Shown one piece after another: positions 52,551-64,000 of a stretch of 64,000 nucleotides of DNA. This stretch comes from a bacterium (GTDB taxonomy: Bacteria > Hinthialibacterota > Hinthialibacteria > Hinthialibacterales > Hinthialibacteraceae): assembly GCA_963663405.2 (NCBI GenBank), contig CAXXSM010000118.1, positions 1 through 64,000 of the forward strand. The letters are read 5' to 3'. The notes under the pieces were generated by a model that was not told the origin of the DNA, searched no databases, and saw only the letters and a list, made by a program, of their open reading frames with translations. The stretch's first letter is position 1, and each line of letters starts with the position of its first letter. A program made the position numbers and the translations under genes.

Positions 52551-53276
52551 GTGAGTGATACCGCCACTGCTAGCATGATGGGAACCGCGACACTGAACGC
52601 TCCAGCATGGGGTCAAAGCGAACCGGTTTGTGAGGGTGAGACACGATCGAAGACCGGTCGAGAGACCCGGCTAATGAAATGGGATGAAGAAACTACAGAC
52701 GAGCAATTGATGCTCGCATGTCAAAAGGGACGTGAGGACGCGCTGGAAATTCTTTATAAGCGTTTCTATCGCCAAATCTTTTTGTTTATCGTACGGATCG
52801 TGCAAGATCGGCACCTGGCTGAAGACCTTGCGCAGGAGACGTTTTTACGGATTTACAACAACCGGACCGCATGGCAGCCACGTTCGAAATTCAGCTCATG
52901 GATCTATCGAATCGCGCGAAATCTCTGTATCGATGAGAAACGGCGCTACTGGAACCGGATGGTCCACATGGATTCCCAGTTCAAAGAAAGCGCTGAATTC
53001 GGTCAATCCACTTTCCTCTCCCGTGTGGAAGATAATAATGGGGACGCCCGTGACGCCTACTACTCCAAAATTGATGAAGATACGATTAAACAAGCGATTA
53101 ATCAACTTTCGGAAGAACAGAGGGAAGTGATTATTCTTAATAAATACCAAGGTCTCTCCTACCAGGAAATCGGAGAGATACTTGGCGCCTCTCCTGAATC
53201 CATCAAACAGCGGGCCTATCGCGCCCATCTTAAACTCCGGCGTATATTGGAACCGATTTTGAAAGAATACGCATAA
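52551..53276 (+). CDS. ECF RNA polymerase sigma factor
   Basis: TDEQLM, AEDLAQETFLRI, FSSWIYRIARNLCID, LSEEQREVI..GLSYQEIGEIL. Confidence 0.9.
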   Translation: MSDTATASMMGTATLNAPAWGQSEPVCEGETRSKTGRETRLMKWDEETTDEQLMLACQKGREDALEILYKRFYRQIFLFIVRIVQDRHLAEDLAQETFLRIYNNRTAWQPRSKFSSWIYRIARNLCIDEKRRYWNRMVHMDSQFKESAEFGQSTFLSRVEDNNGDARDAYYSKIDEDTIKQAINQLSEEQREVIILNKYQGLSYQEIGEILGASPESIKQRAYRAHLKLRRILEPILKEYA

Positions 53277-53394
53277 TTCATGGACAGAAAATACCTGATC
53301 GTAAAATAAGTTACCTTTTTCTACTAGGAACGTTGCTTTAGTTGAATGTAATATGCTATAAATACATGAATTGTCTTGGTGAGGTTAGAGTGAC

Positions 53395-54117
53395 ATGAAT
53401 GAAGTGAATTGTCCGTTCAATCAAGAGTTATTATCGGCCTTCGCTACGGGGAACGTCGATCCCGATGAGCGGAAAATCGTCGAGCGTCATCTCGCCCAAT
53501 GTCCTGAATGCCGCCGTGAAGTTGTCAAATTTGAAGAAACCTGGTGGCTTCTTGACACGTGGGAAGTAAAAGAGGAACGGATTCCACTCCAATTCGACGC
53601 GCTTTACGGCCGGTTGTTAGAAACTCGTCAGAAGGAAAGTCCCTGGCGCCGGTTTTGGGATTCACTTTCGTTTTACCAAACAAGATTCAATCTCCGTCCC
53701 GCGTTCGTTTTCGCGACGGTTTTAGCCGCTATAATGCTCTATCCGGCCTTCCTCTATTTATTTACGAATGATAACATCTCCACTCCCGGCAATCCCGTTC
53801 TAGTCAAGAATAATTACCCGGAAATAACCGGCGCCGATTTGAGTTCCGATCCGATTCCGAGTGGGGTCGTTTCGGGTGTGTCGGAAGCGGAACTAAATTA
53901 TATGTTTACCAAAGCGGTTGACGAGAGCCGAAACGATCCCCCCGCAACTGAACAACCAGGGGTACGTGTTGATATGGCCCATTTAACCGGCATGTATTTT
54001 GCTCCCAACGAGAATATGCCCGTCAACAACATTCTTACAACGCAAGAATTAAGTGAGTTGCAACCTTTCGACAACACCATCCCGAATCCTGGCACACGAA
54101 TACGAATAGGATACTAA
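53395..54117 (+). CDS. membrane-anchored anti-sigma factor (zinc-binding HxxxCxxC)
   Basis: ERHLAQCPECR plus one TM segment; follows the ECF sigma gene. Confidence 0.8.
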   Translation: MNEVNCPFNQELLSAFATGNVDPDERKIVERHLAQCPECRREVVKFEETWWLLDTWEVKEERIPLQFDALYGRLLETRQKESPWRRFWDSLSFYQTRFNLRPAFVFATVLAAIMLYPAFLYLFTNDNISTPGNPVLVKNNYPEITGADLSSDPIPSGVVSGVSEAELNYMFTKAVDESRNDPPATEQPGVRVDMAHLTGMYFAPNENMPVNNILTTQELSELQPFDNTIPNPGTRIRIGY

Positions 54118-54306
54118 ACGAGAAATTCCATAACACTTAAAATTAATTCACCGGCTTCCATCCTCTTTGTCCGCTCCATTCTGAATACTAACCTTTCCGA
54201 GATGCAATATCGTTATAAGATCAAATTCACATTGACAGCGCAACGATCAATCACTTGTCCATTCCAATAGATGAGAAACAGTGGATAGAAAATCAGCAGG
54301 TATTAA

Positions 54307-55482
54307 ATGAAATTTAAGTATTGGCGTTTAATTCCATGGCTCACCGCTACACTCCTCGTGGGATTCTTTCTCTATCTAACGTGGGGTTCATCCATTCCCC
54401 CGATGATCGCTGCGGTACAATCCGGATCACTCGAAAAAGTACAAAAATGTATTCGCTATCAAGCGGATCTGAACGCTCGCAGGCAAGATGGTTTCACTCC
54501 CCTTATGCTCGCGGTGACGATGGGCCGGGACGATATGGTTCAAGCCTTAATTGACGCAGGCGCCATAAGCAATGATGAAAATGTGTTATCACTAGCTATA
54601 CGCTTTGATAAACCAGCCTGTATAAAGGCGCTGGCCGACGCGAACGTGGATATAATCACCACCGCGATTCATCCACAATTACTCAGAGCGATTCACAATA
54701 ACAGTGTTGAATGCGTAAAAATCCTTCTTGATCATGGCGCGGATGTCAATCAATTTTATTACGACGATTTTCCATTGCTGATCGCTTGCCAAAAAAATTC
54801 GATCGAAATCGTTAAAATTCTATTGGAACGGGGCGCCAAAGTGAATGGTGTTCTTGCGGAAGTGGCGGACCAGGATGATTTTGAGATCTTTGAATTATTA
54901 CTCGCCCATGGAGCGGATATCAATGAAACAGGCATCTCCAACAAAAGCCGATTGCTCCGTTTTACGCCCTTATCGTTCGCTGCGTACAAAGGGAAATTAA
55001 AAAATATTCAATTCTTTCTTGACCATGGAGCGAAATTCAAACCCGCGGCAAAAAACCAATGGAACGCGCTTCGAAATGCGGCTCATAATGGTCATCTTGA
55101 AGTGGTCAAATTCCTCTTTGAGAAAGATCTTGATACACAAGGCGCTCTCGTCTCCGCGGCGCAAAATGGTCATCTTGCAGTGGTCAAATTTCTCTTGGAG
55201 AAACACGCCGATCCCAAAGGCGCTTTAGCCTCCGCGGCGTCAAAAGGCCATCTCGAAGTGATGAAAGTCCTCTTACAACACGGGGTGGATTCGAACGAAC
55301 TCCATGCCGCTCTCAGGGCGGCGGTCGCTCTTGGACAATTGGACGCGGTTCAGTTATTGATTGATTCAGGTGTGGATGTCAACATACGAAACCAGGATGG
55401 GAAAACCGCCCTGCAATGCGCGATTGAATACAAAGATGTCGAAATCGCGAACCTCCTCAAACAAGCCGGCGCAGTCGAGTGA
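54307..55482 (+). CDS. ankyrin-repeat protein with an N-terminal membrane anchor
   Basis: Repeated TPL..A...G...V..LL..GAD motifs. Confidence 0.9.
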   Translation: MKFKYWRLIPWLTATLLVGFFLYLTWGSSIPPMIAAVQSGSLEKVQKCIRYQADLNARRQDGFTPLMLAVTMGRDDMVQALIDAGAISNDENVLSLAIRFDKPACIKALADANVDIITTAIHPQLLRAIHNNSVECVKILLDHGADVNQFYYDDFPLLIACQKNSIEIVKILLERGAKVNGVLAEVADQDDFEIFELLLAHGADINETGISNKSRLLRFTPLSFAAYKGKLKNIQFFLDHGAKFKPAAKNQWNALRNAAHNGHLEVVKFLFEKDLDTQGALVSAAQNGHLAVVKFLLEKHADPKGALASAASKGHLEVMKVLLQHGVDSNELHAALRAAVALGQLDAVQLLIDSGVDVNIRNQDGKTALQCAIEYKDVEIANLLKQAGAVE

Positions 55483-55640
55483 TCTCGAAGAATCCGATCC
55501 GTCAACTACACTCATCCTCATATTTTTTTAATATTTTTCTCAAAGAATACATCCGTGGGTTGTTGATGAAAATCACACTCAGTATTATGAGTATAAGCGC
55601 AAAAGCGCCATGTTTTGTCATACTATTAAGGAGCGATACT

Positions 55641-56141
55641 ATGCGGATGTCGCTTGGCAAACCCACGCCTCCTTCAGACGATCGCCGGTGGAAACTTGTT
55701 GGAGCGGCGATGCGCCGTCACGGTTTTCAGCCCCATGCGTTGATTGAAACGCTGCACTCGGTACAAGGCGCATTCGGATATTTAGATGAGGACGCGTTCC
55801 GTTTTGTCGCCAGTTCTCTTCGCGTCCCCCTCAGTCATGTTTATGGTGTCGCCACGTTTTACCATTTTTTTAAACTCAAACCCCAAGGCGAACACACCTG
55901 CGTTATTTGTATGGGAACCGCGTGCTACATCAAGGGCGCAAATAAAATTCTAGAAGCCGTTCATGAAGAGTACGACATCAAACCGGGTGAAACGACCGAA
56001 GACGGCAAGCTCTCACTTCTGACCGCCCGCTGTATTGGAACTTGCGGGATCGCTCCGGCGGTTGTGTTTGACGGTGAGATCGTTGGAGGAGTCACTCCAG
56101 ACGACGCCTTAACCCGGATTCGGAGGTGGACGGAAAAATGA
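55641..56141 (+). CDS. hoxE: bidirectional hydrogenase subunit HoxE
   Basis: [40 protein letters not shown] [2Fe-2S]; AGGAG RBS before 55641. Confidence 0.9.
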   Translation: MRMSLGKPTPPSDDRRWKLVGAAMRRHGFQPHALIETLHSVQGAFGYLDEDAFRFVASSLRVPLSHVYGVATFYHFFKLKPQGEHTCVICMGTACYIKGANKILEAVHEEYDIKPGETTEDGKLSLLTARCIGTCGIAPAVVFDGEIVGGVTPDDALTRIRRWTEK

Positions 56142-57781
56142 CACCGGAAGAACTGATCCAAATCGCCGAGGACGAACGTGAATCCCGTCAAAAATATAAA
56201 TATACCCTTTCTGTTTGCACCGCCGTTGGATGCCTCTCATCCCACGGCGATAAAGTCGTCGAATCGCTGACCGAGGCGATCAAAAAAGAAGGCCGTGAAG
56301 AGGAATACCTCTGCAAAGGAGTCGGTTGTCTGGGCCTATGCTCCGAAGGGCCGCTGGTTCTTGTTGAACCGGATGGGCTGCTATACGGGAAAGTCAAACC
56401 CGAAGACGCGGAAGAGATCATTCAAAGCCTTGGTAAAGAACCGGTCAGCCGTCTACTTGTTCCGACAGACATCCCCTTCTTCCAAAAACAAGAAAAAATC
56501 GTATTGGAAAATTCCGGGAAGATCGATCCGACACGATTGGAAGATTATATCGCCGCCGATGGGTATGACGCCTTGATCCAAGTCATCACGGAGATGACAC
56601 CGGATGAAGTCATCGAAGAAATCGTCCACAGCGGCCTGCGTGGACGCGGGGGAGCCGGATATCCCACTGGCTTAAAATGGAGCACAGTCGCTAAAGGCAT
56701 AGGCGATACGAAATACGTCGTCTGCAACGCGGACGAAGGGGATCCGGGCGCATTTATGGATCGCAGCGTTCTCGAAAGCGATCCCCACCGGGTGCTCGAA
56801 GGCATGGCGATCGCCGCGTATGCGATCGGCGCCACGTTAGGCTATATCTACGTCCGCGCTGAATATCCACTGGCGATTGAACGGCTGCAAAACGCGATTA
56901 AGCAAGCGGAACGCGCCGGATTGCTTGGCAATCATATCTGCTCGACCACATTCGGTTTTAGCATCCAGGTCCGACTTGGCGCCGGCGCTTTTGTCTGCGG
57001 TGAGGAGACCGCCCTGCTCGCTTCAATCGAAGGAAAACGCGGTGTGCCTCGCCCAAGGCCTCCCTACCCAGCCGTAAGCGGACTGTGGGGTTGTCCCACA
57101 CTTATTAATAATGTAGAAACTTTCGCCAACATCGCGCCCATTATTCGGAAGGGCGCTGAGTGGTACGCGAATATCGGCACGGAAAAAAGCAAAGGTACGA
57201 AAGTCTTCGCTCTCGCCGGCCGGGTCAATCATACCGGCTTGATCGAAATCCCGATGGGGGTTTCTCTCCGTGAAATTATCTTTGAAATCGGCGGTGGGAT
57301 TCCAGAAGACCGTCAATTTAAAGCGATTCAGACAGGCGGCCCATCCGGAGGATGCATTCCCGAACAACATCTCGATGTTTCCGTCGACTATGAATCCCTG
57401 AATGAACTAGGCGCGATTATGGGTTCCGGCGGTATGATCGTTATGGATGAAACATCAAGTATGGTCGATGTCGCCAAATTCTTCATGGAATTCTGCATGA
57501 CGGAATCGTGTGGCAAATGCGTGCCGTGCCGCGTAGGGACAGCCCAAATTTACAATTTCTTATGCAAAATCATGGACGGGAGAGCGTCGCCCGACGATTT
57601 GGAATTCCTTGAGAAACTCTGCAATATAGTGAAAGAAGCGAGTTTGTGTGGATTGGGGCAGACCGCGCCCAATCCGGTTCTCAGCACGCTTCGTTATTTC
57701 CGCCATGAATATCTGGATTATATCGTCAAAAAAGATACGCGCGCAGAAATTGGTGAGGCGCTGTCAACCAAGGAGGCGTAG
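56138..57781 (+). CDS. hoxF: bidirectional hydrogenase diaphorase subunit HoxF
   Basis: [55 protein letters not shown]. Confidence 0.92.
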   Translation: MTPEELIQIAEDERESRQKYKYTLSVCTAVGCLSSHGDKVVESLTEAIKKEGREEEYLCKGVGCLGLCSEGPLVLVEPDGLLYGKVKPEDAEEIIQSLGKEPVSRLLVPTDIPFFQKQEKIVLENSGKIDPTRLEDYIAADGYDALIQVITEMTPDEVIEEIVHSGLRGRGGAGYPTGLKWSTVAKGIGDTKYVVCNADEGDPGAFMDRSVLESDPHRVLEGMAIAAYAIGATLGYIYVRAEYPLAIERLQNAIKQAERAGLLGNHICSTTFGFSIQVRLGAGAFVCGEETALLASIEGKRGVPRPRPPYPAVSGLWGCPTLINNVETFANIAPIIRKGAEWYANIGTEKSKGTKVFALAGRVNHTGLIEIPMGVSLREIIFEIGGGIPEDRQFKAIQTGGPSGGCIPEQHLDVSVDYESLNELGAIMGSGGMIVMDETSSMVDVAKFFMEFCMTESCGKCVPCRVGTAQIYNFLCKIMDGRASPDDLEFLEKLCNIVKEASLCGLGQTAPNPVLSTLRYFRHEYLDYIVKKDTRAEIGEALSTKEA

Positions 57782-57783
57782 AG

Positions 57784-58503
57784 ATGAGCGCGTCGATCAG
57801 TGTTGTAACCTTTAAAATCGATGAGAAAGACGTCAGCGCCCGGTCGGATGAAACCATCCTTGAAGTCGCCCGCCAGAATGGAATCTTTATTCCAACACTC
57901 TGTTATCTTGAAGGATTGACTCCCATTGGGGCGTGCCGGCTTTGCATGGTTGAAATCAAGGGATCACCGAAACTTTTCCCATCCTGCGTCACGCGCGTCG
58001 CGGAAGGCATCGAAGTGATCACCGACTCAAAACGTCTGTATAAATACCGGCTCCGTATTTTAGAATTTCTCTTTTCCGAACGCAATCATGTCTGTTCCGT
58101 CTGTGTCTCCAATGGGCATTGTGAACTGCAAACCCTCGCGGAAAAACTCGGTTTGACGCATGTCCGTGTCCCCTATTTATACCCCAATCAGCCTGTTGAC
58201 GCTTCCCACGAGCGATTTGTCGTGGATCATAACCGATGTGTCTTATGCTCGCGTTGCGTCAGAGTATGCGAGGAAATTGAGGGCGCTCATACCTGGGATA
58301 TCATGTCGCGGGGGATTAATTCCCGTGTCATTAACGACCTTAACAGCCGGTGGGGTGAATCGGAAACCTGCACCAGCTGCGGGAAATGCGTTCATGTCTG
58401 TCCGACTGGCGCTTTGTTCGAAAAAGGAAAATCGACCGCTGAAATGTTAAAGAAACAACAATTTCTACCGTATTTAACCTGGTTGAAAGAAGGGCGGAAA
58501 TGA
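57784..58503 (+). CDS. hoxU: bidirectional hydrogenase subunit HoxU
   Basis: [48 protein letters not shown]. Confidence 0.93.
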   Translation: MSASISVVTFKIDEKDVSARSDETILEVARQNGIFIPTLCYLEGLTPIGACRLCMVEIKGSPKLFPSCVTRVAEGIEVITDSKRLYKYRLRILEFLFSERNHVCSVCVSNGHCELQTLAEKLGLTHVRVPYLYPNQPVDASHERFVVDHNRCVLCSRCVRVCEEIEGAHTWDIMSRGINSRVINDLNSRWGESETCTSCGKCVHVCPTGALFEKGKSTAEMLKKQQFLPYLTWLKEGRK

Positions 58504-59033
58504 GTAAATTGACATTCGCCACTGTTTGGCTCGATGGTTGTTCCGGTTGTCACATGTCCTTTTTGGATCTCGATCAGAGATTAATTGAACTCGGAGACGC
58601 CGTCGAAGTCGTCTACAGCCCTTTAGTGGATAACAAAGAATTCCCGATCGGTGTGGATATTACTCTTGTTGAGGGAGCGGTCAGCAGCGAAGAAGACAGG
58701 GATAAAATCACCATGATCCGGCAACGGACAAAAACCCTAGTCTCGCTTGGAGACTGCGCCGTGACCGCCAACGTGCCATCCATGAGAAATCCGTTTAAAG
58801 TGGACGCCGTGCTGGACCGCGCGTACAACGAGAACGTGACGATCAAATCCCAAATTCCAAACGAAGTCATTCCATCGTTGTTACCCTATTCCCGCCCGGT
58901 ACACGAAGTGGTTTCGGTCGATGTCTTTATCCCCGGCTGTCCACCCCCGGCGGACGTGATCTACGAAGCGCTTACCGCTTTACTCGAAGGCCAGCCTCTC
59001 GATCTCACCGGCAAAACCCGATTCGGCGCCTAG
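58500..59033 (+). CDS. hoxY: bidirectional hydrogenase small subunit HoxY
   Basis: [21 protein letters not shown]; short, single-cluster small subunit. Confidence 0.92.
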   Translation: MSKLTFATVWLDGCSGCHMSFLDLDQRLIELGDAVEVVYSPLVDNKEFPIGVDITLVEGAVSSEEDRDKITMIRQRTKTLVSLGDCAVTANVPSMRNPFKVDAVLDRAYNENVTIKSQIPNEVIPSLLPYSRPVHEVVSVDVFIPGCPPPADVIYEALTALLEGQPLDLTGKTRFGA

Positions 59034-59046
59034 GAGAACTTAAACA

Positions 59047-60474
59047 ATGGCAAAGAAAATTGTTATCGATCCGGTAACACGGATTGAAGGACACGCCAAA
59101 ATCACGATCCATTTGGATGACAGCGGCGCTGTACACGACGCCCAGTTTCATGTTACGCAATTTCGTGGATTTGAAAAACTGTGTGAGGGACGCCCCTTTT
59201 ATGAGATGCCCTCCCTGATGGCGCGTATTTGTGGGATCTGTCCGGTGGCGCATCTCGTCACATCGGCCAAAGCCTGCGATCATATCATGGCGGTCCGTAT
59301 CCCCGAAACAGCGTTCAATCTCCGGCGCATTTTGATCCTCGCTTCGATTCTCCAATCGCACGCGCTCAGCTTTTTCCATCTCTCCTCTCCCGATTTCCTG
59401 CTCGGAATGGATTCCGATCCCGCTAAGCGCAATATTTTCGAAATTATGAAATGCCATCCAACCTTGGCGAAAGATGGTGTCCGGCTGCGACAAATCGGCC
59501 AGCAGATCATCAAGTGGCTGGGAGGCAAGAAAATCCATCCCGCCTGGGTCGTTCCCGGCGGTGTCAACGAACCCCTTTCATCGGAACTACGCGACCGCAT
59601 CCTCGCGGTTCTCCCAGAAGCGTTGAGCATCACCCAGCGAAACTTGGATTGGTTTAAAAAGACCATCGACAAATTTCAACAGGAAATCCGCACTTTCGCC
59701 AACTTCCCTTCCCTCTTCATGGGATTGGTGAAACCGGATGGCGCGTTGGAAACCTATCATGGCAGCCTTCGTATTGTCGACGCCACCGGCAAGATTGTAG
59801 AAAACGGGCTGGATCCTTCTAAATTCAACGAATATATCGGAGAAGCGGTCGAATCCTGGTCCTATTTAAAATCCCCTTATTACAAACCATTAGGCTACCC
59901 ACAGGGCATCTACCGGGTCGGCCCCTTGGCGCGATTAAACTTGATCGATCATATCGGTTCTCCTCTCGCGGATCAGGAATGGGCGGAATTCCGGTCTCTC
60001 GAACGGGGCGCTGTGCTCAGTTCATTCCATTTCCATTACGCGCGCCTTGTTGAAATCTTGATGTGCGTCGAACGAATAGAACGCATCCTTAACGAGCCCG
60101 ACATTCTCAGCAAACACGTCCGCGCTTTTGCGGGAGTGAACAACCTTGAAGGCATAGGAGTAACCGAAGCGCCTCGCGGAACGCTGTTCCATCACTACAA
60201 AGTCAATGAGGAAGGCCTGATTACATGGGCCAATATGATTATCGCTACCGGCAACAACAATCTCGCCATGAACCGGGGGATCTTGCAAGCGGCGAAGCAT
60301 TACATCGACGGCAATAATATCACGGAAGGGATGCTCAACCGAGTCGAAGCTGTTATCCGTTGTTACGATCCGTGCCTGAGCTGCTCGACACACGCGCTGG
60401 GCCAGATGCCGATGCGCGTTCAACTCATCGGTCCCGATGGAGACTTGATCAGCGAACGCTGTAGATCCTCATGA
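59047..60474 (+). CDS. hoxH: bidirectional [NiFe]-hydrogenase large subunit HoxH (group 3d)
   Basis: [16 protein letters not shown] (L1), [10 protein letters not shown] (L2) with cleavable tail. Confidence 0.94.
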   Translation: MAKKIVIDPVTRIEGHAKITIHLDDSGAVHDAQFHVTQFRGFEKLCEGRPFYEMPSLMARICGICPVAHLVTSAKACDHIMAVRIPETAFNLRRILILASILQSHALSFFHLSSPDFLLGMDSDPAKRNIFEIMKCHPTLAKDGVRLRQIGQQIIKWLGGKKIHPAWVVPGGVNEPLSSELRDRILAVLPEALSITQRNLDWFKKTIDKFQQEIRTFANFPSLFMGLVKPDGALETYHGSLRIVDATGKIVENGLDPSKFNEYIGEAVESWSYLKSPYYKPLGYPQGIYRVGPLARLNLIDHIGSPLADQEWAEFRSLERGAVLSSFHFHYARLVEILMCVERIERILNEPDILSKHVRAFAGVNNLEGIGVTEAPRGTLFHHYKVNEEGLITWANMIIATGNNNLAMNRGILQAAKHYIDGNNITEGMLNRVEAVIRCYDPCLSCSTHALGQMPMRVQLIGPDGDLISERCRSS

Positions 60475-60914
60475 ATGTCCTAGTAATCGGCTACGGAAAT
60501 TCGCTGCGGGGAGATGACGGATTAGGGATCTACGCCGCGAACCAAATCGCCGAAGACAATCCAGACGGAAGTGTACACTTTATTACCTGTCACCAACTCA
60601 CTCCCGAACTTGCTGAAGTATTCTCTCAATACAACCGAATCCTCTTCATCGACGCCAACGTCAAAGGCGTTCCAGGCGAATTCCATCATCAAATCGTAGA
60701 ACCTTCCGCCTTTTCAACTCCGTCGTGCATTCATCACCTCGACCCATCCACACTACTCGCCTACACAAAAGAACTGTATGGGCGTCAACCGGAAGCCATA
60801 GCCCTTTCGATTACCGGCGCCTGCTTTGATTATAGAGAAGAACTATCCCCCGAAGTAAACGCCGCCCTGCCCCAGTTATATCAACATGCTCAGGATTTCA
60901 TTCAGCAAAAGTAA
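60471..60914 (+). CDS. hoxW: hydrogenase maturation protease
   Basis: [28 protein letters not shown]; follows hoxH. Confidence 0.88.
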   Translation: MNVLVIGYGNSLRGDDGLGIYAANQIAEDNPDGSVHFITCHQLTPELAEVFSQYNRILFIDANVKGVPGEFHHQIVEPSAFSTPSCIHHLDPSTLLAYTKELYGRQPEAIALSITGACFDYREELSPEVNAALPQLYQHAQDFIQQK

Positions 60915-60977
60915 ACCTATCAACTATACTCGTAACGGGCCAAATGCTACTATAGTTCAAAACAGAGGCGCTGCATC

Positions 60978-62348
60978 ATGACGCCATCCAACGGGAGACA
61001 GCACATGCAAAAAGACACCAATCTAACACGAAGACATTTTATCGAAACAGCGGGCAAAGGCGCGGCGGCGTTGACCGCGGTCCAGATTGTAAAGGGGAAT
61101 CCAAGAGCCAGCGCGGCAAACAGCACAGTCGGCGTTGGCCATATCGGCTTGGGCGTGCGCGGGGGCACCTTGATTAGCCAAGTCGCTGGCAGGCAGTTGG
61201 GGGGCGGCGTGAAAGGCGCGAAAGTGGTTGCGGTCTGTGATGTGTATAAACAACACCTGCAAAAAGGCGTCCAACGCAGCATGAATCCCGATGTCAAAAC
61301 CTACGTGGACTATCAAGACTTGCTAGCTGATCCCGCCGTGGACGCGGTTGTCATCGCCACACCTGACCACTGGCATTCCAAAATGGTGATCGACGCGGCC
61401 AACGCGGGGAAAGATATCTATATTGAAAAAGGCTGGACACGTACAATTCCCGAAGCCAAAGCCATGCTCGCCGCCATCAAGAAAAACAAAACCGTCATGC
61501 AACTCGGTCACCAATCCCGCTCCATGACGGCGGGAATCCAAGCCGCTGAGCTGATTCGAGACGGCGCCCTTGGTCAGGTTACCCTTGTGCGAACCGGACG
61601 GTTTGAGAATCGTCCATTGGGGAACAATATCTGGCGTTGGTATGGCTGGTATAACAATTACAATCGTCCCGACCCGGCGGAAGTGGAAAGCGAGGTCGAT
61701 TGGATGCGCTGGCTCGGTCTGGCGCCCAAACATCCGTTTAATATGGAGCGCTTTTGGCATTGGCGCTGTTATTGGGATTACGGAACCGGGATCGCTGGAG
61801 ACCTGCTGTCTCACGAAACCGACTTCGTTCATTCCGTTCTGCGGCTTGGCATTCCCGACACCTGCATGTGCGCGGGACAAAACATCCTTCTAAATGATGG
61901 GCGTGAAGTGCCCGACACATGGAGTACCGTCTTCGGTTTTCAGAAAAAAGGTTGCAACGTGACGTTCGATTGCAGTATGAATACAAGCGCGCTCGTACAG
62001 CCTCCCGAATTTCGTGGAAAAGACGCGATTCTTCGATTCGACACAATCGCCCAGTCGGTCAGCACATTTGATATCTATGCCGAACCGACATCGGTTCAAT
62101 ACCAACAACGTATTGAAGACGGTAAAATTCCCGCCGGTCCGAAGCCGTTTATGAAATACGATCCCGCCAAAACGCCCGAACAACCAAGCCACATGCAGGA
62201 TTTCATTAACTGCGTCATCAATCGCAAGAAACCAAAATGCGACGAAGACGAAGCCTTCATTGACACCGCTACGTTCCTGATGTCCGTCGCCGCCTATAAA
62301 GAACAACGCCTTGTCCGCTGGGATCCGGAAAAACAAGATATCGTGTAG
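60978..62348 (+). CDS. Tat-exported Gfo/Idh/MocA oxidoreductase
   Basis: TRRHFI signal, IGLGVRG, ATPDHWH, GKDIYIEK, WRCYWDYGTG. Confidence 0.9.
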   Translation: MTPSNGRQHMQKDTNLTRRHFIETAGKGAAALTAVQIVKGNPRASAANSTVGVGHIGLGVRGGTLISQVAGRQLGGGVKGAKVVAVCDVYKQHLQKGVQRSMNPDVKTYVDYQDLLADPAVDAVVIATPDHWHSKMVIDAANAGKDIYIEKGWTRTIPEAKAMLAAIKKNKTVMQLGHQSRSMTAGIQAAELIRDGALGQVTLVRTGRFENRPLGNNIWRWYGWYNNYNRPDPAEVESEVDWMRWLGLAPKHPFNMERFWHWRCYWDYGTGIAGDLLSHETDFVHSVLRLGIPDTCMCAGQNILLNDGREVPDTWSTVFGFQKKGCNVTFDCSMNTSALVQPPEFRGKDAILRFDTIAQSVSTFDIYAEPTSVQYQQRIEDGKIPAGPKPFMKYDPAKTPEQPSHMQDFINCVINRKKPKCDEDEAFIDTATFLMSVAAYKEQRLVRWDPEKQDIV

Positions 62349-62468
62349 ATCTATTCAAACCAATTTCTCACTATTTATTTTATGAGACGAAATATTACAC
62401 AAATGACATTCACAACATCTACCTTATTCAACTATAATAAATCATAATAATTAAGACCAAAAGAACAA

Positions 62469-62693
62469 ATGAAAATCGTAAAAATAAAAAGTCAAATCGA
62501 TCAAAAAGGGAAACTCCAATTGGAAATTCCAACAACGTTTCCTCCTGGTTCTGTTGATGTAATAATCATCCTTCAATCCTCGGTGGTGGAGTGCAAGGAA
62601 AACAACCTTTATGATTTTTCTGATTTGATCGGAAAGTTGGAATGGAACGGAGACGCTTTGGCCGTTCAAAAGGAATTGCGGAATGAATGGTAA
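62469..62693 (+). CDS. small putative antitoxin
   Basis: 74 aa ending DALAVQKELRNEW; overlaps the start of a PIN-like fragment. Confidence 0.6.
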   Translation: MKIVKIKSQIDQKGKLQLEIPTTFPPGSVDVIIILQSSVVECKENNLYDFSDLIGKLEWNGDALAVQKELRNEW

Positions 62694-62766
62694 ACGTCTT
62701 CTTCTAGATACAAACGCTATCATTTCGCTACTACTTAAATTCAGACTTTCATTCAATATGAATTAA
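62683..62766 (+). pseudogene. truncated VapC/PIN toxin fragment
   Basis: MNGKRLLLDTNAIISLL is a typical PIN N-terminus; stop after 27 aa. Confidence 0.6.
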
Positions 62767-62858
62767 TCTTATCCCTATCCATCAACCACCATCGACAAAC
62801 ATACTCTCTTTATGCTTAGATACATACAATCATTGAATCCAACTCAATGGAGGTTACT

Positions 62859-64000
62859 ATGTCCAATTCGTCATTCAATCGCCGTCAATTTCTCGCGCGG
62901 ACGGGAAAAGCCGCCGCTGTTCCTCTCCTCGCTTCTATATCCAATACCGTGCTGGGCGCGAACGACCGGATCTCAATCGGAATCATCGGTTGTGGAAGCC
63001 GGGGCCGCAACGCGCATATGGAACAGATTCACCGCTTCAGCGAAGAACAGAATGTCGCCATCACCGCTGTCTGCGACGTTTGGAGACAACACCGCGAACA
63101 AGCCGCGGACATGGTCAAGGAATGGTACGATCTCACTCCATTTCAATGTGAAAACTATCAAGAAATCCTTGCGCGGGATGACATCGACGCCGTCAGCATC
63201 GCCAGCCCTGACCATCATCACTGCGCCCATCTTACTGCGGCGGCCAACGCGAAGAAAGACGCGTACTGTGAAAAACCTCTCGCCATGAATATGCGCGAAT
63301 TGAACAAAGCCGTTGACGCTGTCAAGCGTAACAAAACGGTCGTTCAAATCGGCACCCAGCTCCGCAGTTGGCCATCGTTCACCGGTTGCAAAAAAGTCGT
63401 CCAAGAAGGCAAACTGGGGCAGATCATCAAATGTATGCAGGTCCGCAATTCCTACCGGCCTTATTGGCATCAATACGCCAAGCCGGTAGAAGAAAAAGAC
63501 GCGAATTGGAAAACCTTTTTGGGGAACGCCCGGCCTCGGCCCTTTGATCCCGATCGGTTCAGCGCGTGGTATGGTTACCGGGATTATTCCACCGGCGCGA
63601 TCGGCGGTTTTATGAGCCACTTTATTGATCTCGTTCACTACATTACCGGCGCCAAATTCCCCCTTACAGCGGTCACCATGGGAGGAATCTATCGATGGAA
63701 GGATCAACGCACGTGCCCCGATTCCGTCCATACACTGTTGGATTATGGTGATTTCATGGTCAGCTACTGCACAGTTTTTGGTAACAATGCGGGAAACACT
63801 ATGCGGTTTCTCGGTACAAAAGGCGATCTTGACACGACGGATTGGCGCAATCCCGTCATGAGCGGCGAAAGCGTGGAAGATCCTGACCGAATAAAAGGAA
63901 CCAGTCCCGTGCCCGAAGTATCCCGGCCGCAGCATATGGAAGACTGGCTCCAATGCCTGCGCACACGTAATAAACCGAACGCCGATATCGACGCGGGATA
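62859..64000 (+). CDS. Tat-exported Gfo/Idh/MocA oxidoreductase, runs off the window (absent from the ORF track)
   Basis: GGAGG RBS; MSNSSFNRRQFL..GANDRISIGIIGCGSRG..SPDHHH..DAYCEKP. Confidence 0.88.
   Translation, partial: MSNSSFNRRQFLARTGKAAAVPLLASISNTVLGANDRISIGIIGCGSRGRNAHMEQIHRFSEEQNVAITAVCDVWRQHREQAADMVKEWYDLTPFQCENYQEILARDDIDAVSIASPDHHHCAHLTAAANAKKDAYCEKPLAMNMRELNKAVDAVKRNKTVVQIGTQLRSWPSFTGCKKVVQEGKLGQIIKCMQVRNSYRPYWHQYAKPVEEKDANWKTFLGNARPRPFDPDRFSAWYGYRDYSTGAIGGFMSHFIDLVHYITGAKFPLTAVTMGGIYRWKDQRTCPDSVHTLLDYGDFMVSYCTVFGNNAGNTMRFLGTKGDLDTTDWRNPVMSGESVEDPDRIKGTSPVPEVSRPQHMEDWLQCLRTRNKPNADIDAG

Noticed and set aside
52450-52670. Riboswitch upstream of the ECF sigma factor
   Set aside because: GC-rich leader-like sequence, but I could not match a known aptamer consensus; an Rfam scan would be needed
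62812-63953. Track ORFs 62812-63288 (+) and 62973-63953 (-)
   Set aside because: Shadow frames of the real Tat Gfo/Idh/MocA gene starting at 62859
1-64000. tRNA or rRNA genes
   Set aside because: None recognised by eye in the intergenic regions; tRNAscan and Rfam were not run

Overview
A 64 kb stretch of a bacterial chromosome, probably from an anaerobe or facultative anaerobe. Frameshifts at short homopolymers, including one in murJ, suggest a long-read assembly with indel errors. Left to right: (1) an hdrCBA-mvhDGA heterodisulfide reductase/[NiFe]-hydrogenase cluster preceded by an APS kinase; (2) a cluster of secreted carbohydrate-active and beta-propeller proteins; (3) a large LamG/beta-propeller sensor kinase split by an ISKra4-like IS (9-bp TSD), with its NarL-type regulator and a secreted double-SnoaL gene; (4) a head-to-tail tandem pair of a 2.43 kb element encoding a tyrosine recombinase (split by a -1 shift at an A8 run) and an IS91-type Y2/HUH transposase, inserted at the thrB stop codon; (5) a damaged mrr/parDE islet; (6) two unusual fusion enzymes; (7) envelope housekeeping genes (PBP1A, WecA-like, SppA, MurJ) and an ECF sigma/anti-sigma pair; (8) a hoxEFUYHW hydrogenase operon and Tat-exported Gfo/Idh/MocA oxidoreductases. 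The best candidate for a new system is the tandem element. Its copy-copy junction rebuilds a ~70 bp hairpin with integron attC-like cores (GTCCAAT...ATTGGAC) overlapping an oriIS-like end, which suggests rolling-circle ssDNA production coupled to tyrosine-recombinase integration at A|TT. Product calls come from motif recognition, not database searches.
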